NCBI GenBank assembly: GCA_963666735.1 | Contig: OY762926.1 | Coordinates: forward strand, 1,408,001-1,472,000 | Direction of reading: 5' to 3' | Length of the DNA stretch: 64,000 nucleotides | Origin: Gemmatimonadota bacterium | Lineage (GTDB): Bacteria > Gemmatimonadota > Gemmatimonadetes > Palauibacterales > Palauibacteraceae | In this document: positions 29,347 through 38,910 of the stretch, piece after piece | How positions within the stretch are numbered: position 1 is the first letter of the stretch | Layout: each line of letters starts with the position of its first letter | Notes under the pieces: generated by a model | What the model was told of the DNA's origin: nothing | The model's input: only the letters and a program-made list of their open reading frames with translations | The model's database searches: none | Position numbers and translations under genes: made by a program

Positions 29347-30114
29347 TCATCCTCCGATGTTCGGAAGCCCGAACACCAGGGGCTCGTCCAGCCGCAGCCT
29401 GAGGATCGCCCCGACCGGGAGCGCCGGCTCCGCTCCCTCGGCATCGAGGAGGATGGCGGAACCCCTCACGGCTCCCGCCGCGGCGCCCGCGATGGCGCTC
29501 TGACGGCCGCCGGCGAGGACGCGGCCCAGATTCATCCGGGCCTCCGCGCCGGCCGCGGCTCCAGGCCCCGGTACGATCTCCACCACGGAAGCGGATATGG
29601 GCCAGGCTTCGCCGTTGAAGAAGACATCGACGAAGCGGACTTTCACCATCACGTGTTCGCCGTCCCCGCCAGCTTCACCGCCCTGCCCGCCTTCCTCCCC
29701 GCCAGCCGCGGCCTCGACCGCGGTGATCTCGCCATTTATCAGCGAATTCAGCGGCACCAGGATCATGTTGTTCTCGATCAGCGGACGCGTCACGCCGAAC
29801 TTCAGGGCGTCCCCGGGCCGCAGATTGCCCGGCCGGATCGGGTCGAGGAGTTCGACCTCCAGTTCCGCGCCGGTCTGCACGGTCACCATCGTGTAGGTCA
29901 TTTCGGGCGCGCCGCCCGGCTCGGCCGCCGGTCTCCCGGCCACCGGCGGAGGCGGCGTTCGCCGCACGGGTGACGCGGGCGCCGCGCTCTCCGTCGCCGC
30001 ATCGGGCGCGTCCGCGCTCCCCTCCGCTCCGGGACCAATTTCCGGCGCGCAGCCGATGACCATCGAGGTCATCGCGCCGAGCGCAACGAGAGTCGCCGAC
30101 GTCGTCCGTTCCAT
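29347..30114 (-). CDS. Hypothetical lipoprotein with TrbI/VirB10-like beta domain
   Basis: Lipobox-like VIGC, Pro/Ala linker, GAELEVELLDPI…INGEITAV…LPVGAILRLRLDEPL, glycine-zipper segment. Confidence 0.55.
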   Translation of the reverse strand: MERTTSATLVALGAMTSMVIGCAPEIGPGAEGSADAPDAATESAAPASPVRRTPPPPVAGRPAAEPGGAPEMTYTMVTVQTGAELEVELLDPIRPGNLRPGDALKFGVTRPLIENNMILVPLNSLINGEITAVEAAAGGEEGGQGGEAGGDGEHVMVKVRFVDVFFNGEAWPISASVVEIVPGPGAAAGAEARMNLGRVLAGGRQSAIAGAAAGAVRGSAILLDAEGAEPALPVGAILRLRLDEPLVFGLPNIGG

Positions 30115-30216
30115 CCTGTTCCTTCCCTCGTGTCGTTGTACGGCCTGCAACCCGCGCATACGTTCGAACCGTGCGACCCGCAGAATAAACGCCCGGCCGG
30201 CTCCCGCGGAGACATC

Positions 30217-31998
30217 TTGAAATCGCTCAGAGCGTTGCTACCCTACTTCCGCCCGTACCGCCTGGGTATCGCGGCCGGGCTTACGCTCGTGATCGTGAGC
30301 AACCTGTTTACGGTCGCAGGCCCCTGGGTGCTCAAGATGGCGGTCGACGCGCTGGAAAGGGAACTCCACCCCGACCTCATCCTGCGCTACGCTCTCGTGC
30401 TCACGGCGATTTCCGTCGTGGCCGGCGCGACGAGATTCTGGATGCGCAAGCTGCTCAACGGGCTGAGCCGCCGCATGGAGACGGATATCCGGAGCGCCCT
30501 CTTCGCGCACCTCCTCAGGCTCCCGCCGCAGTTCTTCGACGCCTGGCGCACGGGCGATCTGGTGAGCCGCGCGACGAACGATGTCCAGGCGGTCCGCATG
30601 GTCGCCGGACCCGCGATCATGTACGCGGTGAACACCGCCACCGTCGCGACGCTCGCGCTCGGGCTCATGATCTGGATCGATCCCATGCTCACGGTCCGGG
30701 CGATGATCCCGATGGTCGTCCTCCCTCCCATCGTGTTCATCTTCGGCCGGCAGATCCACGAGCGCTTCGAGAAGATCCAGGCCCAGTTCTCGGAGATCTC
30801 CAACTTCGCCCAGGAAAATCTGGCGGGGACCCGCATCGTGAAAGCGTACGCGCGCGAAGAGGCCCAGGCCCGGCGTTTCGAGACCCTCAACCGGGACTAC
30901 AAGTCGCGCAATCTCTCCCTCGCCCGCGTGTGGGGGCTGTTCCATCCGTCGCTCATGTTCTTCACGGGCGTCGGCGCGGTCGTCGTCCTGTGGTTCGGGG
31001 GCGGACAGGTCGTCCGCGGCGCGATTACGCTCGGCGATTTCGTCGCCTTCTCCTTCTACCTCACGATGCTGATGTGGCCCATGATCGCGCTCGGCTGGGT
31101 CACGAACCTCTTCCAGCGCGGCGCCGCCTCGATGGGCCGCCTCAACGACCTGTTCGACATCGTTCCCGCCGTCCGCGACCCGGAGTCGCCCGTCACGCTC
31201 ACGTCGGCGCGGGGCGCGCTGGCGTTCGACGACGTTTCCTTCCGCTATCCCGGGACGGAGCGGGATGTGCTGCGGGACATCTCCTTCCGGATCGAGCCGG
31301 GACAGACGGTCGCCATCGTCGGCGCGACCGCGAGCGGAAAGTCCACGCTGGCCGCGCTCATCCCCCGCCTCTATGACGTGACGGCGGGGACGATTCGCTT
31401 GGATGGCGTGGATATCCGGGAACTCGACCTGGGTTCGCTGCGCGACTCGATGGCCTTCGTACCGCAGGAGCCGTTCCTGTTCAGCATGCGGCTGAGGACG
31501 AACATCGAACTCCGGCGTGGAGAGATGGATGCGGGCGAGGCGATCCCGGACGAACTGCGCAGCGCGCTCGCCGTCTCGCAACTGGAGAAGACGCTCGCCA
31601 TCCTTCCCGACGGGATCGACACGCGTCTGGGCGAGCGCGGCATCAATCTCTCGGGCGGGCAGAAACAGCGCGCCACGCTGGCCCGGGCGGTCCACCGCGA
31701 CGCGCCCGTGCTCATCCTGGACGACGCCCTGTCGGCCGTGGATTCGGAAACGGAAACCGCGATCCTGGAGGCGCTCCGGGAGTACATGTCCGGGCGCACC
31801 TCCATCATCGTCTCTCACCGCGTGTCGGCCGTGCGCACCGCCGACGCGATCCTGGTCCTGGACGACGGACGCCTCGTCGAGCGCGGCATCCACGAAGATC
31901 TGATCGCGGCCGACGGGGTCTACGCGCGGCTGCTTCGCCGCCAGCTCGTGGCCGAGGAACTCGAGCGCATCGAGCAGCGGCGCGTCGCGAGCGCCTGA
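30217..31998 (+). CDS. ABC exporter, fused permease/ATPase (MdlA/YheI-like)
   Basis: 6-TM domain, Walker A GATASGKS, LSGGQ, Walker B LILDDALSAVD. Confidence 0.93.
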   Translation: MKSLRALLPYFRPYRLGIAAGLTLVIVSNLFTVAGPWVLKMAVDALERELHPDLILRYALVLTAISVVAGATRFWMRKLLNGLSRRMETDIRSALFAHLLRLPPQFFDAWRTGDLVSRATNDVQAVRMVAGPAIMYAVNTATVATLALGLMIWIDPMLTVRAMIPMVVLPPIVFIFGRQIHERFEKIQAQFSEISNFAQENLAGTRIVKAYAREEAQARRFETLNRDYKSRNLSLARVWGLFHPSLMFFTGVGAVVVLWFGGGQVVRGAITLGDFVAFSFYLTMLMWPMIALGWVTNLFQRGAASMGRLNDLFDIVPAVRDPESPVTLTSARGALAFDDVSFRYPGTERDVLRDISFRIEPGQTVAIVGATASGKSTLAALIPRLYDVTAGTIRLDGVDIRELDLGSLRDSMAFVPQEPFLFSMRLRTNIELRRGEMDAGEAIPDELRSALAVSQLEKTLAILPDGIDTRLGERGINLSGGQKQRATLARAVHRDAPVLILDDALSAVDSETETAILEALREYMSGRTSIIVSHRVSAVRTADAILVLDDGRLVERGIHEDLIAADGVYARLLRRQLVAEELERIEQRRVASA

Positions 31999-32016
31999 CC
32001 GCCGCGGGGGCCCGGG

Positions 32017-32982
32017 TTACCGGTGCTCCGACCAGAACCCGATCATCTTGTAGGCGAGCTTCGCCGCGGTGAAGGCCGAGGCCTCCTCCCCCCGCCGCGG
32101 GGCAAGTTCCACGATGTCCGCGCCCACGACGTTGCGTTCGCCGAAGACCCGTGAGAGCAGATCCAGCGCATCCCACCAGCTTCCACCCCCGGGTTCCGGC
32201 GTGCCGGTGGCCGGCATCACCGACGGATCGAAGAAATCCACGTCGAACGTAATGTAGACGTTCTCCCCCAGCGCCTCCACCGCCCGCTCGATCCAGCCCG
32301 GCCGGCGCATCTCATGCGCGAACACGACCTCGATCCGGTGTTCGCGCCGGTGTTCGCGGATGACGTCCCGCTCCTCGCGGGTGAGCGCCCGGATCCCGAC
32401 CGCGACGATATCCGCCCCATTCGTCCCGGTCGCCCGGTTCGCGCCGCTCGACCGGTGTTCGAGTACCCGGCGCATGACGCAGGCGTGATTCCACGGAGAG
32501 TCGTGGTGGCGATCCCTCAGGTCCGTGTGCGCGTCGAACTGAAGAATCGTGACGTCGCCGCCGAGTCGATCCGCCCACGCGCCGGCCGGTGCGCTGGAAA
32601 TCGAGTGTTCTCCGCCCAGTCCGATGACGAACCGGTCCCCGGCGGCCTCGAGCAGGTCGTCGTACAGGGCCCGCAGGCGCGCGACCGCGGGCTCGGGGCC
32701 GGCCGTGCCGAGGTCGATGGACGGGAGGGTGCACACGCCGACTTCGTACGGTTCGCGGTCCAGTTCCTCGTCATACCACTCGACGTAGCGCGACGCCTCG
32801 ATGATCGCGGCCGGACCCTCGCGCGTACCCGTCCCCCAGCTTGTCGTCGCTTCGTACGGGATGGGGAGGATGACGGCGCCCGCCGCCTCCCAGCGGCACA
32901 GGTCAAGCGGGAGATCGAGGAAGTTGCGGCGGTCGGTCCAAGCGTGCTCCGCGAGAGCGCGGGGCAGGTCGGCCTCGTTCAG
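32017..32982 (-). CDS. speB: Agmatinase (ureohydrolase); probable CTG start
   Basis: GGEHS, DAHTD, DVDFFDP, GTPEPGG. The frame continues upstream of the track start with NFLDLP…PYEATTSWGTGTREGPAAIIEAS. Confidence 0.9.
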   Translation of the reverse strand: MNEADLPRALAEHAWTDRRNFLDLPLDLCRWEAAGAVILPIPYEATTSWGTGTREGPAAIIEASRYVEWYDEELDREPYEVGVCTLPSIDLGTAGPEPAVARLRALYDDLLEAAGDRFVIGLGGEHSISSAPAGAWADRLGGDVTILQFDAHTDLRDRHHDSPWNHACVMRRVLEHRSSGANRATGTNGADIVAVGIRALTREERDVIREHRREHRIEVVFAHEMRRPGWIERAVEALGENVYITFDVDFFDPSVMPATGTPEPGGGSWWDALDLLSRVFGERNVVGADIVELAPRRGEEASAFTAAKLAYKMIGFWSEHR

Positions 32983-33425
32983 TGCAGGCAGTCGGGGCAG
33001 TAGCCCTCCAGCTCGAGCCGGTAGCCGACGACGTTGAACGGCGTCATATCGGCCAGACCCTCCATCCAGTCGCGCGGACGCAGGCCTTCGATGTCCTGAA
33101 CGCGGCCACAGGAGAGACAGCGGATATGCTCGTGATCATCGGTTCGGCCATCGTATCGCGCCGGACCCACGCCGAGCGAGAGCTTGCGCGCGACTCCGCA
33201 GGTTACGAACGCCTCGAGCGCCTTGTAGACCGTGGCGAGGCTGATGTCGGGAAGCCGCTCGCGCACCGAGGTGAAAACGTCGTCCGCCGTCGGGTGCGAG
33301 GACGTGCCGGACAGCACGCGGTACACGGCCGCGCGCTGGGTCGTAAACCGGTGTCCCCCGGCTTCGAGGGCGCGACGCAACTCTTCTCGGGACACGCCTC
33401 GGCGTGAAGTTTCGGGAGGACTCAC
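32979..33425 (-). CDS. Fur family regulator (PerR-like)
   Basis: RFTTQR, HPTADDV, ISLATVYKAL, RYD…HEHIRCLSCG, GYCPDC. Start 33425 or 33395. Confidence 0.9.
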   Translation of the reverse strand: MSPPETSRRGVSREELRRALEAGGHRFTTQRAAVYRVLSGTSSHPTADDVFTSVRERLPDISLATVYKALEAFVTCGVARKLSLGVGPARYDGRTDDHEHIRCLSCGRVQDIEGLRPRDWMEGLADMTPFNVVGYRLELEGYCPDCLH

Positions 33426-33504
33426 TTGACCATCACACCGTCGGGAACGGGTCAGCAACGGGTCGTCGACCGGCCTTCGCGACCGATCCTCGCGTCCGGC
33501 GAAG

Positions 33505-33954
33505 TTAGCGACCCTGTCCAGCGGGATCAACGGAGGCATCCGCCTCCCGCGACTGTTCGAGGAGAGCTTCCCAGCGCCCGCCGTCACCCTCGATCGGTAT
33601 GTGACGGACGGCCGCGGGCTGTCCGAGTCGCCGCTGCAGTCCGGCTACCAGGCCGGGCACGCGGTTGGCCGGCACCCGCCCGTGCTCCACCACGACCTGG
33701 TGGGCGGGCGTACCGTTGGCCGGCGCCATGCGGGCGCTGTAGAGGGCGCGCCCGCCGTCCTCGATGATGCTCGTGAAGAGGAAGAACTCCGAAGACTCCT
33801 CGACCTGGGGGAGCGGCGGAAACAGCCAGACATCGGCGATGCGGGGTGGAGGAATGCGGCGGCCGAGGTCGCCGAGCCGAGCCGCGCGAGAACCCGGATC
33901 GACCGTGATCCCGTTCCCGCTGTGCGGCATATCCTTCCTGGCCTTCGCGTCCAT
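33505..33954 (-). CDS. Hypothetical protein
   Basis: ATG after GAGGGTGA; globular-looking sequence IADVWLFPPL…EHGRVP; co-oriented in the gene run. Confidence 0.65.
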   Translation of the reverse strand: MDAKARKDMPHSGNGITVDPGSRAARLGDLGRRIPPPRIADVWLFPPLPQVEESSEFFLFTSIIEDGGRALYSARMAPANGTPAHQVVVEHGRVPANRVPGLVAGLQRRLGQPAAVRHIPIEGDGGRWEALLEQSREADASVDPAGQGR

Positions 33955-34062
33955 TTCACCCTCCCCGCCGAATCCCCACCCCGGGCCCGCTACCGGCAGC
34001 CCCGAACGCACGGCACCGCTTCAACCTACTCCGATCTACCGGACGGAGGCAATCCGAAGACT

Positions 34063-35097
34063 CTACCGGTCCTTCTTCGAGGCGACGGCCGCTTCCACGA
34101 GCGGGCGCAACGCGTCCAGCACGACTCGCACCGCCTCGTCCAGGTCGAGTTCGACGAGGACGCCGGAAGCCTTCGCGTGTCCGCCGCCGCCGAGGAGTTG
34201 CGCGACACCGGACACGTCCACTGCCCCGTTCGAACGCAGCGACACCTTCGTCCGATTGCGCGCGAGGCCGCGGAAGAGGAGGCCGACCTCCATTCCCGCG
34301 AGCCGGCGCGGGAACTCGACCAGACCCTCCATGTCGTCGCTGCGCGCACCCGTCCTCGAGAGGGCCCGACGGTCCAGCGCGATCCAGGCGATGGGAGCGC
34401 GAGGGTCGACTTCCAGGCCCTCGAGGGCCAGCCGCATGAGGGCCAGCCGCCCCCGGCTGTACACGCCGTACAGCTCGCGGTACAGCGCACCCGTATCCAC
34501 CCCCGTCTCCAGGAGCACGCACGCGATCGCGTGCGCGCGGGGGGAGGTGTTCGAGAAACGGAATGAGCCCGTGTCCGTCGAAATCGCCGTGTAAAGGGCT
34601 TCCGCTTCCGCCCGAGTGAGCCTCTCGTCGTCGAGGGAGAGCAGGTCGTAGACGAGTTCACCCGTCGCGCAGGCGGAGGGATCGCGGATCGCCGGCCTCA
34701 CGAGCGGAGACCCCACGGGCGGATGATGGTCGATCAGGACGCCGCCCGTCCGCTCGACGTGCTCGGGCAGGCTGCCGAGACGCTTGGGCTCGGCGGTGTC
34801 GAGGATGGCGATCGTGTCGGCGCCGTTCAGCGGGTCCGCGGCCGCCGGGTCCTCCTCGACGAGCACCGGGATGTCCCTGAGGAGGAATCGCAGCGAAGCC
34901 GGCGGTCGGCTCGGGGTGACGATCGTGGCTTCGGCTCCGTGCCGCAGCAGCCGGGATGCGAGCGCAACCATGCTGCCGAGGCCGTCGCCGTCCGGATTAA
35001 CATGGGTCGTGAGCACGACGGACGATGCGTCGCGCAGGCGGCGCCGGATCGCTTCTAGCGCCTTCGCACGAGCCCGCGACATCGGGGACACGGTCAA
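34063..35097 (-). CDS. nrnA: DHH/DHHA1 phosphoesterase (nanoRNase/pAp phosphatase)
   Basis: THVNPDGDGLGS, IDHH, TDTGSF, GGGHAKASG. Confidence 0.9.
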   Translation of the reverse strand: MTVSPMSRARAKALEAIRRRLRDASSVVLTTHVNPDGDGLGSMVALASRLLRHGAEATIVTPSRPPASLRFLLRDIPVLVEEDPAAADPLNGADTIAILDTAEPKRLGSLPEHVERTGGVLIDHHPPVGSPLVRPAIRDPSACATGELVYDLLSLDDERLTRAEAEALYTAISTDTGSFRFSNTSPRAHAIACVLLETGVDTGALYRELYGVYSRGRLALMRLALEGLEVDPRAPIAWIALDRRALSRTGARSDDMEGLVEFPRRLAGMEVGLLFRGLARNRTKVSLRSNGAVDVSGVAQLLGGGGHAKASGVLVELDLDEAVRVVLDALRPLVEAAVASKKDR

Positions 35098-35714
35098 GAC
35101 CCGCTCCCGACGGCTGCCCGCAGGATCTCTCGCCAGAGTCCGCGGGTGGCGAGGTCCAGTTCCCCGGGATCGCCCCGGTTGTCGAGTACGCGGTCGGCCC
35201 GACGCCGTTTCTCCGACGCCGCAAGTTGCGCGGCATCGATGGCGGCGAATTCCTCCGCGGTCCAGCCGCGGAACCCCAGCGCCCGCGCCTCGCGCACCTC
35301 TCGCGGCGCATCGACGACGACGATCATGTCGTAGTCGTCTTCCAGGCCGACCTCGAACAGGAGGGGGATTTCCTCCACGATCACGCGTACGCCGGCCGCG
35401 GCGGCCTCGGAGATTCGGCGGGCCCGCAGTTCGCGGATTCCGGCGTGAGAGATCTCTTCGAGGCGCTCGCGGGACCGTTTGTCGGCGAAGGCCGCCTCCC
35501 GGAGCGCGGATCGGTCGAGGGTCCCATCGGGGGCGATGACCCCTTCCCCGAACGCTTCGCGGATGCGGGCGTATGCCGGGGAGCCCGGACGCACGATTTC
35601 GCGCGCGAGTTCGTCGGAGTCGATGACCGCGGCGCCCCGTTCGGCCAGATTGCGGGCCACCATGCTCTTGCCGGCGGCCACCGTTCCGGTCAGTCCGACG
35701 CGAAACGGCGTCAT
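35094..35714 (-). CDS. coaE: Dephospho-CoA kinase
   Basis: VGLTGTVAAGKS, LDRSALR, EIPLLFE, ADRVLDN. Confidence 0.93.
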   Translation of the reverse strand: MTPFRVGLTGTVAAGKSMVARNLAERGAAVIDSDELAREIVRPGSPAYARIREAFGEGVIAPDGTLDRSALREAAFADKRSRERLEEISHAGIRELRARRISEAAAAGVRVIVEEIPLLFEVGLEDDYDMIVVVDAPREVREARALGFRGWTAEEFAAIDAAQLAASEKRRRADRVLDNRGDPGELDLATRGLWREILRAAVGSGS

Positions 35715-35757
35715 GCCGTTCACCCGCGTGTCCGGGCTTCCGCGGGAGACCTCGAGG

Positions 35758-36117
35758 CTAGACGGCGAAAGAGGTCCCGCAGCCGCAACTCCCGGTCGCG
35801 TTCGGATTCTCGAACGTGAACCCGGTGCCCTGAAACGAACTGTGGTATCCGATGGAAAGTCCGGCCAGGTACTGCGCGCTGAAGGGATCGATGACGACGG
35901 GCACCCCCTCCGACTCGAAGGTGAAATCGTCCTCGCGCACCGCAGTGTCCATGTCAAGCCCGTATTCGAAACCGGAGCATCCGCCCGGAATCACGCTCAC
36001 CCTCAGGACCGTCTCGGCGTCCGCCCCGGCCTGGAACTCCCTGACCTTGGCGGCCGCCTCGGCCGTCAGCGTGACGATGGGTTCGGCCGACCTGGTGGCC
36101 TCTGCTATTTCGCTCAT
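35758..36117 (-). CDS. HesB/IscA/ErpA A-type Fe-S carrier
   Basis: GGCSGFEY, FENPNATGSCGCGTSF. Confidence 0.95.
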   Translation of the reverse strand: MSEIAEATRSAEPIVTLTAEAAAKVREFQAGADAETVLRVSVIPGGCSGFEYGLDMDTAVREDDFTFESEGVPVVIDPFSAQYLAGLSIGYHSSFQGTGFTFENPNATGSCGCGTSFAV

Positions 36118-36189
36118 ACCGCCCTTGCCTGCATCGCGTCCGTGTCGGCGCGCCGGATTTGCGGCGCTGTCCACTTCCTCAAGACTTCC

Positions 36190-37119
36190 TCAAGATAACC
36201 GACTTCGTCGCTTCTCCCTAGCGACGGATCCCCGGGTAAGCTGCCCGTCCGTCTTCCGGCGTGACCGCCGGCCGATCTCCTCCAGCCAACGCATGGGCAC
36301 ATGCGCCCACCCGGGAACACCCCTTCGGCCCGCGTCGGGTCCGTGCCAGTCCGAGCCGCCGCAACGGAGCAGGCCGAGTTCGCCGGCCAGATCGTGCATC
36401 CGGCTCCGCACGGCGGGGGGATTCGCGGGGTGGACGACCTCGACGCCATCCAGACCCTCGCTCGCCCAGCGCCGGATCTCATCCTCGCCGTGCGTCCTGC
36501 CCGGGTGCGCGAGGCAGACGACGCCGCCCGCCGCGTGCACGCGATCGAATACGATCTTCGGCGGCGTCGGTTCCTTGCCGACGAAGGCGGGACATCCGCG
36601 CGACAGGTAACGGCGGAATGCCTCGTGGATATCGGAGGCCGCGCCGCAGGCCACGACCGCCCGCCCGATGTGGGCCCGGGTCGGGGCCGCGGCGCCCGTC
36701 TGCAGCTCCACGTCCTCCCAGGTCACGGGTGCGCCCGCCGCCCGCAGCCGCGCGACGATCTCGCGCGCGCGCCGCAGCCGATCCTCGCGGTAGCGGGAGA
36801 GAAAACCCTGCAGGCCGGGATCGGCCACATCGAAGCCGTACGCCAGGAGGTGCACGGACCGGCCGGGTTCGTTCGCGGACAACTCCGCCCCCGGCAGGAA
36901 GCGGAGACCGAGTTTTCGCGCCGCCGTCTCGGCCTCGGAGAGTCCCTGCGTCGTGTCATGGTCCGTCAGGGAGAACCCATCCAGACCGGCATCCGCCACG
37001 GCCCGGGCCACGTCGGCCGGCGCGACCGTTCCGTCGCTGGCGGTCGAGTGCGTGTGCAGGTCGACGCACGGGCCTGTTCCGGGCCCGGGGACCGTCTGGC
37101 CGGCGATGGGAACGTTCAC
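36190..37119 (-). CDS. PHP domain phosphoesterase (TrpH/YciV-like)
   Basis: DLHTHSTASDG, TDHD, LAHP, GGSDWHG. Confidence 0.92.
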   Translation of the reverse strand: MNVPIAGQTVPGPGTGPCVDLHTHSTASDGTVAPADVARAVADAGLDGFSLTDHDTTQGLSEAETAARKLGLRFLPGAELSANEPGRSVHLLAYGFDVADPGLQGFLSRYREDRLRRAREIVARLRAAGAPVTWEDVELQTGAAAPTRAHIGRAVVACGAASDIHEAFRRYLSRGCPAFVGKEPTPPKIVFDRVHAAGGVVCLAHPGRTHGEDEIRRWASEGLDGVEVVHPANPPAVRSRMHDLAGELGLLRCGGSDWHGPDAGRRGVPGWAHVPMRWLEEIGRRSRRKTDGQLTRGSVAREKRRSRLS

Positions 37120-37364
37120 CGACTGTAGGTAGGATAGTCGCGGGGGATTCCCATCGAACGAGAGGCCTCGAACAGGCCCTGGAGTTCCTCTTCCGGCATT
37201 TCCTCCAGGGCTTCACTCCCGCCCCGCCGGGCCGGATCCAGGCGAACCACCCGGTAGGGGCGCTGATCCGTGCTCTGGCAGAAGAACACGACGAGGCGCT
37301 CCCCATCCTCCTCGGCGAGTTCCGCCCGCCACACATCTCCCTCGGCCTTGATTCTCGTGCTCAC
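37116..37364 (-). CDS. Small hypothetical protein
   Basis: VSTRIKAEGDVWRAE…VFFCQSTDQRPYRVV…ELQGLFEASRSM; its stop overlaps the PHP gene start (GTGA). Confidence 0.6.
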   Translation of the reverse strand: MSTRIKAEGDVWRAELAEEDGERLVVFFCQSTDQRPYRVVRLDPARRGGSEALEEMPEEELQGLFEASRSMGIPRDYPTYSR

Positions 37365-37471
37365 GCGTTCATCGTCCGTTATCCGGTTCGTCGTCCTTCG
37401 GGGCGGCGCGGCGGGCTCGGGCGCGGCATGCGGGCCCGGGTTTGAGGCCGGGGTCACAAGATCGGGAGACG

Positions 37472-38245
37472 ATGGAACAGGGTCAATGGCGACAGGCGCG
37501 TCGACTCGTGCGTGAAGCCCGGCATGCGGTCGCGCTGACGGGGGCGGGGATTTCCGCCGAATCGGGGGTTCCGGCGTTCCGCGACGCCGGCGGGCTGTGG
37601 AAGCGCTATCGCCCGGAGGAACTCGCCACGCCCGAAGCGCTCGCTCGCGATCCGCGGACCGTGCTCGAGTGGTACGCCTGGCGGCGCTCGGCACTCGCCG
37701 ACTGCCGGCCCAACGAGGGGCACCGGGCGCTGGCGCGCTTCTTCCAGCGACGCGGGGAACCCGGACTCGTGACCCAGAACGTCGATGGCCTCCACACGCG
37801 CGCCGCGCTCGAGGCAGCGGGAGAGGACCCCGCGGAGGCCGCACTGCCCCTCGAGCTTCACGGCGCCGTGGGTCGCGACCGCTGCCAGTCCTGCGAGGCG
37901 CGCTGGCCCGCCGAGCCGCTCGGCGAGACGCTCCCGCAGTGCTCGGCCTGCGGCGGTCTCCGGCGACCCGATGTCGTCCTCTTCGGCGAGGCGCTGGACG
38001 CCGGCCTGCTGGACCGCGCGCGCCGGCTGGCGGAGCAGGCGGACCTGTGTCTCGTCGTCGGGACGAGCGCCGTCGTCTATCCCGCCGCCACGCTTCCCCT
38101 CGCGACGCGAGAGGCCGGCGGCCACATCATCGAGGTCAATGTGCGGCGGACGGCGCTTACGGAGGCCGCTGCGGTGGCGCTGCGCGGGGAGGCCGGAACG
38201 ATCCTTCCCGCCCTGCTGGACCGGCAGTCCGGCAACCCCCGCTAG
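37472..38245 (+). CDS. cobB: NAD-dependent protein deacylase (class III sirtuin)
   Basis: GAGISAESG, TQNVDGLH, LHG, CQSC/CSAC, GTSAVVYPA; YxxR (WYAWRR) desuccinylase determinant. Confidence 0.92.
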   Translation: MEQGQWRQARRLVREARHAVALTGAGISAESGVPAFRDAGGLWKRYRPEELATPEALARDPRTVLEWYAWRRSALADCRPNEGHRALARFFQRRGEPGLVTQNVDGLHTRAALEAAGEDPAEAALPLELHGAVGRDRCQSCEARWPAEPLGETLPQCSACGGLRRPDVVLFGEALDAGLLDRARRLAEQADLCLVVGTSAVVYPAATLPLATREAGGHIIEVNVRRTALTEAAAVALRGEAGTILPALLDRQSGNPR

Positions 38246-38910
38246 GACTCGCGTTCGACGAAGACGGCGCGCGCGAGGACGGGCTCGACGTCGAAGGAGC
38301 GGTCGTCCACTTCGAGACGGGCGACGCCATCGGCCTGTTCGCCGAGACACCGGATGCGGGTGCCCGGGACGAGTCCGAGCGCTGCGAGCGCACGCAGCGT
38401 CCGCGGGCTCTGGTCCGAAACCTCGCGCACGACGCCGCGTTCCGCCTTCAACTCCGCGAGGGGGATCCACTCGGTGCGGGCGAGTTCGCCATCCCGGGTC
38501 GGGATCGGACTTCCGTGCGGGTCGATCGACGGCTCCCCGAGCGCCTGCGCCATCCGGTCGATGAGCGCTTCGGAGGCGGCGTGCTCGAGGCGCTCGGCCT
38601 CGGCGTGCACGTCCTCCCAGGAGAAGCCGAGTCTCTCGATGAGGTACAGTTCGATCACCCGGTGTCTTCGGATGATCCGAAGCGCCCCCGCCTCTCCCGA
38701 TGGCGTGAGGAGCGCTCCCCGGTAGGGCGTGTGCCGGAGGAGCCCCTGCGCAGCCAGGCTCTTGACCATGTTCGTGACCGACGCGGCGGAACGGTCCAGA
38801 GCCTCGGCCAGCGCGGTCGTGGAAACGGGCTCGCCGGCCTGCTGGAGCTTGTAGACGGCCTTCAGATAGTCCTCGACCGCCCGGCTCGGATCCGGAGGGC
38901 CGGATTTCAC
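38242..38910 (-). CDS. DtxR/MntR family metal-dependent regulator
   Basis: EDYLKAVY, RRHRVIELYL, EAERLEH, DPHGSPIP, C-terminal FeoA-like domain. Confidence 0.93.
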   Translation of the reverse strand: MKSGPPDPSRAVEDYLKAVYKLQQAGEPVSTTALAEALDRSAASVTNMVKSLAAQGLLRHTPYRGALLTPSGEAGALRIIRRHRVIELYLIERLGFSWEDVHAEAERLEHAASEALIDRMAQALGEPSIDPHGSPIPTRDGELARTEWIPLAELKAERGVVREVSDQSPRTLRALAALGLVPGTRIRCLGEQADGVARLEVDDRSFDVEPVLARAVFVERES

